NCBI GenBank assembly: GCA_039808885.1
Contig: JBDHTX010000010.1
Coordinates: 2,403 to 66,402 of the forward strand
Direction: 5' to 3'
Length of the DNA: 64,000 bases
Source of the DNA: Dongiaceae bacterium
GTDB taxonomy: Bacteria > Pseudomonadota > Alphaproteobacteria > Dongiales > Dongiaceae
The notes below the pieces were generated by a model. That model was not told the origin of the DNA and searched no databases. It was given only the letters and a program-made list of their open reading frames with translations. The position numbers and the translations under genes were made by a program. Positions 61,423 to 64,000 of the stretch are shown in pieces; position 1 is the stretch's first letter; each line of letters starts with the position of its first letter.

Positions 61423-62940
61423 ATGCCGACAGCGTCGATGCGTCTGCGGGTCGGGCTGATCGTGGCCCTGGTTTCATTGTCGCTGGCCATCGCCTTCGTG
61501 GCGCAGAAATTGCACGCGGGTTCGGCCGATGCGGGTGCCGGTTCGGGCAGCTGGTACGTCGCCCTGGTGCTGATGCTGGTCAGCCTCGCGGTCCTCGGGT
61601 ACCTGCTTCTGGCCCTTGCGCGCGACAAGGCGGGCGAGAGCGCCGCCGCAAGAAACGAAGCCGCGCAAGCTTTGCTGGAGACCGCCGCCGCGACCGCGCC
61701 CAAGCCCGTGGACCTGCGCCCGAGCTATTCCGTCCTGCCGTCGCCCGAGGCCGGCCACCTGGTGGCGACCGGCGCCCTGATCCGCCGGTTGTGCCACGAG
61801 CTCAACAACGCGCTTGGACCGATCCAGGGCTTTGCGGAGCTGCTTGGCAACGATCAGCGGATCGGCGAGGCGCAGCGGCGGCAAGTGACCAAGATCGGCG
61901 AGGCGACGGCCGCCGCCCAGAGCGCGGTCCAGGACTTCGCCGCCGCGTTGACCTGGTCCAAGGACCACGCCACGGCGGTGAATCTGGGCGCGATGACGCG
62001 CGCCGCCGCCGCCGCCGCCCAGGCAGCGATCGGCCGGCCCATCGCGGTGACGCTGCCGCCCGGCCGGGACATCCAGATCACCGCGACCGAGGTGGAGACC
62101 GGGCAGGCGATCCTGCACCTGTGCGCGGCGCTTACACCGCTCATCGCCGAGCGCGACGTACGGCTGGAGATCGCGGTCGATTCGGCAGTCGGCGCGGCCC
62201 GCTCGAGTTTGGGCGACGGCGCCGCCTCCGGGCAGCGATTGCAGATCTGGTCCGACCCGTTCGATCCTGAGCACGCCAGGGTCCAGCTCGGCCTGCTGCA
62301 GAGCAGCTGGCGCTACGGCCGGGTCCAGCTCACCTGTGTCGGCCACGGCTGGTCACGTGACCTGGCGAGCCGGCTGTTCGTCGCCGACCTCACGGAAGAG
62401 CACCATCCGAGCTGCCTTTCGATGACCGTGCTCGGCGGGTTGATGCTGGATCTGGGCGGCGTGGTCATGATCGACACCTGTCCGCTGCGACAGCTGACGG
62501 TCACCCTGCTGTGGCCGGCGCGCATCCCCTCGGAGGTCGCCGCCCCGCTGGAGACCGACACCACGGAGGACGATCTCGACGCGCTCATCATCCACGCAGC
62601 CGAGCCGGCGGCGGAAGAGCTGTCGCGGCGGCTGGGTGGCTTCGGCTTGAGGGTGGCTTCCACCACCAGCCCGGAAGCCGGGCTAGACCTCATCGCCGAA
62701 ATGGGGGCGCGGTGCCGCGCCATCCTGCTCGGCGATACGCCGGACGCCGCATTGCTGGAAAAGATCCTCGCCATCCGACCGAGCGCCGTGGTCCTCACCC
62801 TGGAGGCCGAGCCCGGCACGACGCTGGAGGGCCAGGAAGCCTGGCAGATAGATCCCGATCGGGAGGCTCTGGGCCGCCTCGCGGCCCGCCTGCGCCGTGG
62901 CGGCACGCTTCCTCCCGAAGGCTGGGACGCCGCTAGCTGA
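61423..62940 (+). CDS. Membrane-anchored pseudo-histidine kinase / putative phosphotransferase with a degenerate receiver
   Basis: Two TM helices; H-box RRLCHELNNALGPIQGFAELL; N, G1 and G2 boxes degenerate; receiver lacks the acidic pair and the Lys. Confidence 0.7.
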   Translation: MPTASMRLRVGLIVALVSLSLAIAFVAQKLHAGSADAGAGSGSWYVALVLMLVSLAVLGYLLLALARDKAGESAAARNEAAQALLETAAATAPKPVDLRPSYSVLPSPEAGHLVATGALIRRLCHELNNALGPIQGFAELLGNDQRIGEAQRRQVTKIGEATAAAQSAVQDFAAALTWSKDHATAVNLGAMTRAAAAAAQAAIGRPIAVTLPPGRDIQITATEVETGQAILHLCAALTPLIAERDVRLEIAVDSAVGAARSSLGDGAASGQRLQIWSDPFDPEHARVQLGLLQSSWRYGRVQLTCVGHGWSRDLASRLFVADLTEEHHPSCLSMTVLGGLMLDLGGVVMIDTCPLRQLTVTLLWPARIPSEVAAPLETDTTEDDLDALIIHAAEPAAEELSRRLGGFGLRVASTTSPEAGLDLIAEMGARCRAILLGDTPDAALLEKILAIRPSAVVLTLEAEPGTTLEGQEAWQIDPDREALGRLAARLRRGGTLPPEGWDAAS

Positions 62941-63559
62941 ACTGCCCCAATTGCGCCAGTCGAACCGCGATCTGGGTGCGGTTCTTGGTCTCCAGCTTGC
63001 GACACAGGTTGCGCACGTGCAGCTTGACGGTGACCTCCTGCAGCTCGAGCGCGCGGGCGATTTCCTTGTTGGAAGCGCCCTTTACCAGCATGGCGGCCAC
63101 TTCGAGCTCGCGCGGCGTCAGGAATTCCGACCCGATGATCTTGAGCCCCTCGGGCGCCGCCCCTGGACGGAGCAGATCCGTCGGGGCGTAGGTCTCCCCG
63201 GCCGCCAGCTGACGGATCGCGGCGATCAGCTTGCTGCCAGAGAGCGTCTTGGGAATGAAGCCGCGGGCGCCAGCCGCCAGGGCCGACATCGCGTGCGACT
63301 TCGAGACCATGCCGGTGATGATCGCGACGGCCGAGCCCGGACAATGCGCGACCATCCGTTTCAGGCCCTCGAGGCCGTTCATCCCGGGCATATTGAGATC
63401 CAGCAAAGTCACGTCGTAGCAGCCATTGGCCAGAACCATTGCCCAGGCGTCTTCGAAATTCCGTGCCGTCTCGACACTGGATTCGGGCGCGTGACGCTCA
63501 ATCATGGCCTTGAACCCGTCACACACCAACTCGTGATCGTCCGCCAGAAGAATTCGCAC
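62933..63559 (-). CDS. NarL/LuxR-family response regulator
   Basis: ILLADDH, LLDLNMP, GFIPK, LTPRELEV...SNKEIA...TVKLHV; GTG start. Confidence 0.92.
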   Translation of the reverse strand: MRILLADDHELVCDGFKAMIERHAPESSVETARNFEDAWAMVLANGCYDVTLLDLNMPGMNGLEGLKRMVAHCPGSAVAIITGMVSKSHAMSALAAGARGFIPKTLSGSKLIAAIRQLAAGETYAPTDLLRPGAAPEGLKIIGSEFLTPRELEVAAMLVKGASNKEIARALELQEVTVKLHVRNLCRKLETKNRTQIAVRLAQLGQFS

Positions 63560-63662
63560 CCAGCCGCCCCAGCACTGTTGCGCGTGGATTTTCGGGACAC
63601 TACGTCCAAAAAGCGGTTGTGGAAAGATCAAAGGGTGGGTCCAGAGGACTACCCCATCCGGG

Positions 63663-64000
63663 CTAGAATCCCCGGAGGGGCAGGTCCGGCCCCCGGCGCA
63701 GCCAGTTGTCGGCGGGATAGCGGCACGCGCCATCGACCACGTGCAGCGTATAGGCATGCCGCGATCGGTCCGACAGGTTGGCGCCGGAGAAATGCGGCAG
63801 CAGGCCGTGGATCACCACGAGGGATCCGCGCCTCGCCTCCAGGGCGACTCGCGGGCCGTCCGACCAGGGCGTGGCATCCAGGCGTTCCGTCACCAGCCGG
63901 CCGTCGCGGCGCAGGAAGCGCGTCTTCATCGGCTGCTTGTGCGCCCCCGGCAGGCAGATCATGGCGCCGTTTTCCAGCGTCGCATCCTCCACCGCGAACC
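63663..64000 (-). CDS. 3' part of a second PhyH-family dioxygenase (truncated by the window edge)
   Basis: FAVEDATLENGAM...PGAH; IHGLLPHFSGANLS...RHAYTLH. Confidence 0.8.
   Translation of the reverse strand, partial: FAVEDATLENGAMICLPGAHKQPMKTRFLRRDGRLVTERLDATPWSDGPRVALEARRGSLVVIHGLLPHFSGANLSDRSRHAYTLHVVDGACRYPADNWLRRGPDLPLRGF

Overview
GC-rich alphaproteobacterial chromosome segment, probably Rhodospirillales-like. That placement is inferred from a tRNA-His with an encoded G-1/C73 pair, the glnB-glnA operon and a stand-alone PAS_5 protein. Housekeeping genes: parE, glnB-glnA with a clear sigma54 promoter, argC, rplM-rpsI, serS-surE-pcm-nlpD, rimO, pabB-pabC and tRNA-His. Other blocks: the end of a pseudaminic-acid/surface-glycan locus (pseG, pseI, WbqC-like gene); a 7-PAS+GAF hybrid kinase with a single-domain response regulator; an AurF-like diiron protein plus DUF1127, divergent from a wHTH-alpha/beta-hydrolase regulator; and a complete reductive pyrimidine catabolism region (preT/preA, dihydropyrimidinase, ureidopropionase, cytosine deaminase, two ABC importers) with four RutR boxes. 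Several REP-like palindromes are dispersed through the window. I saw no integrase, transposase, CRISPR array or prophage. The best candidates for poorly described systems are: (i) a membrane-anchored pseudo-histidine kinase with a ChpT-like RLCH histidine box, placed between an HPt-less hybrid kinase and a LuxR regulator (58.8-63.6 kb); (ii) a translationally coupled TM-PAS-DEDDh nuclease and CBS-DUF294 nucleotidyltransferase pair upstream of pabBC; (iii) a terminated intergenic RNA candidate with repeated CCAAG motifs downstream of tRNA-His; (iv) the diiron/DUF1127/hydrolase-regulator module. All functional calls come from motif recognition by eye; no database search was run.
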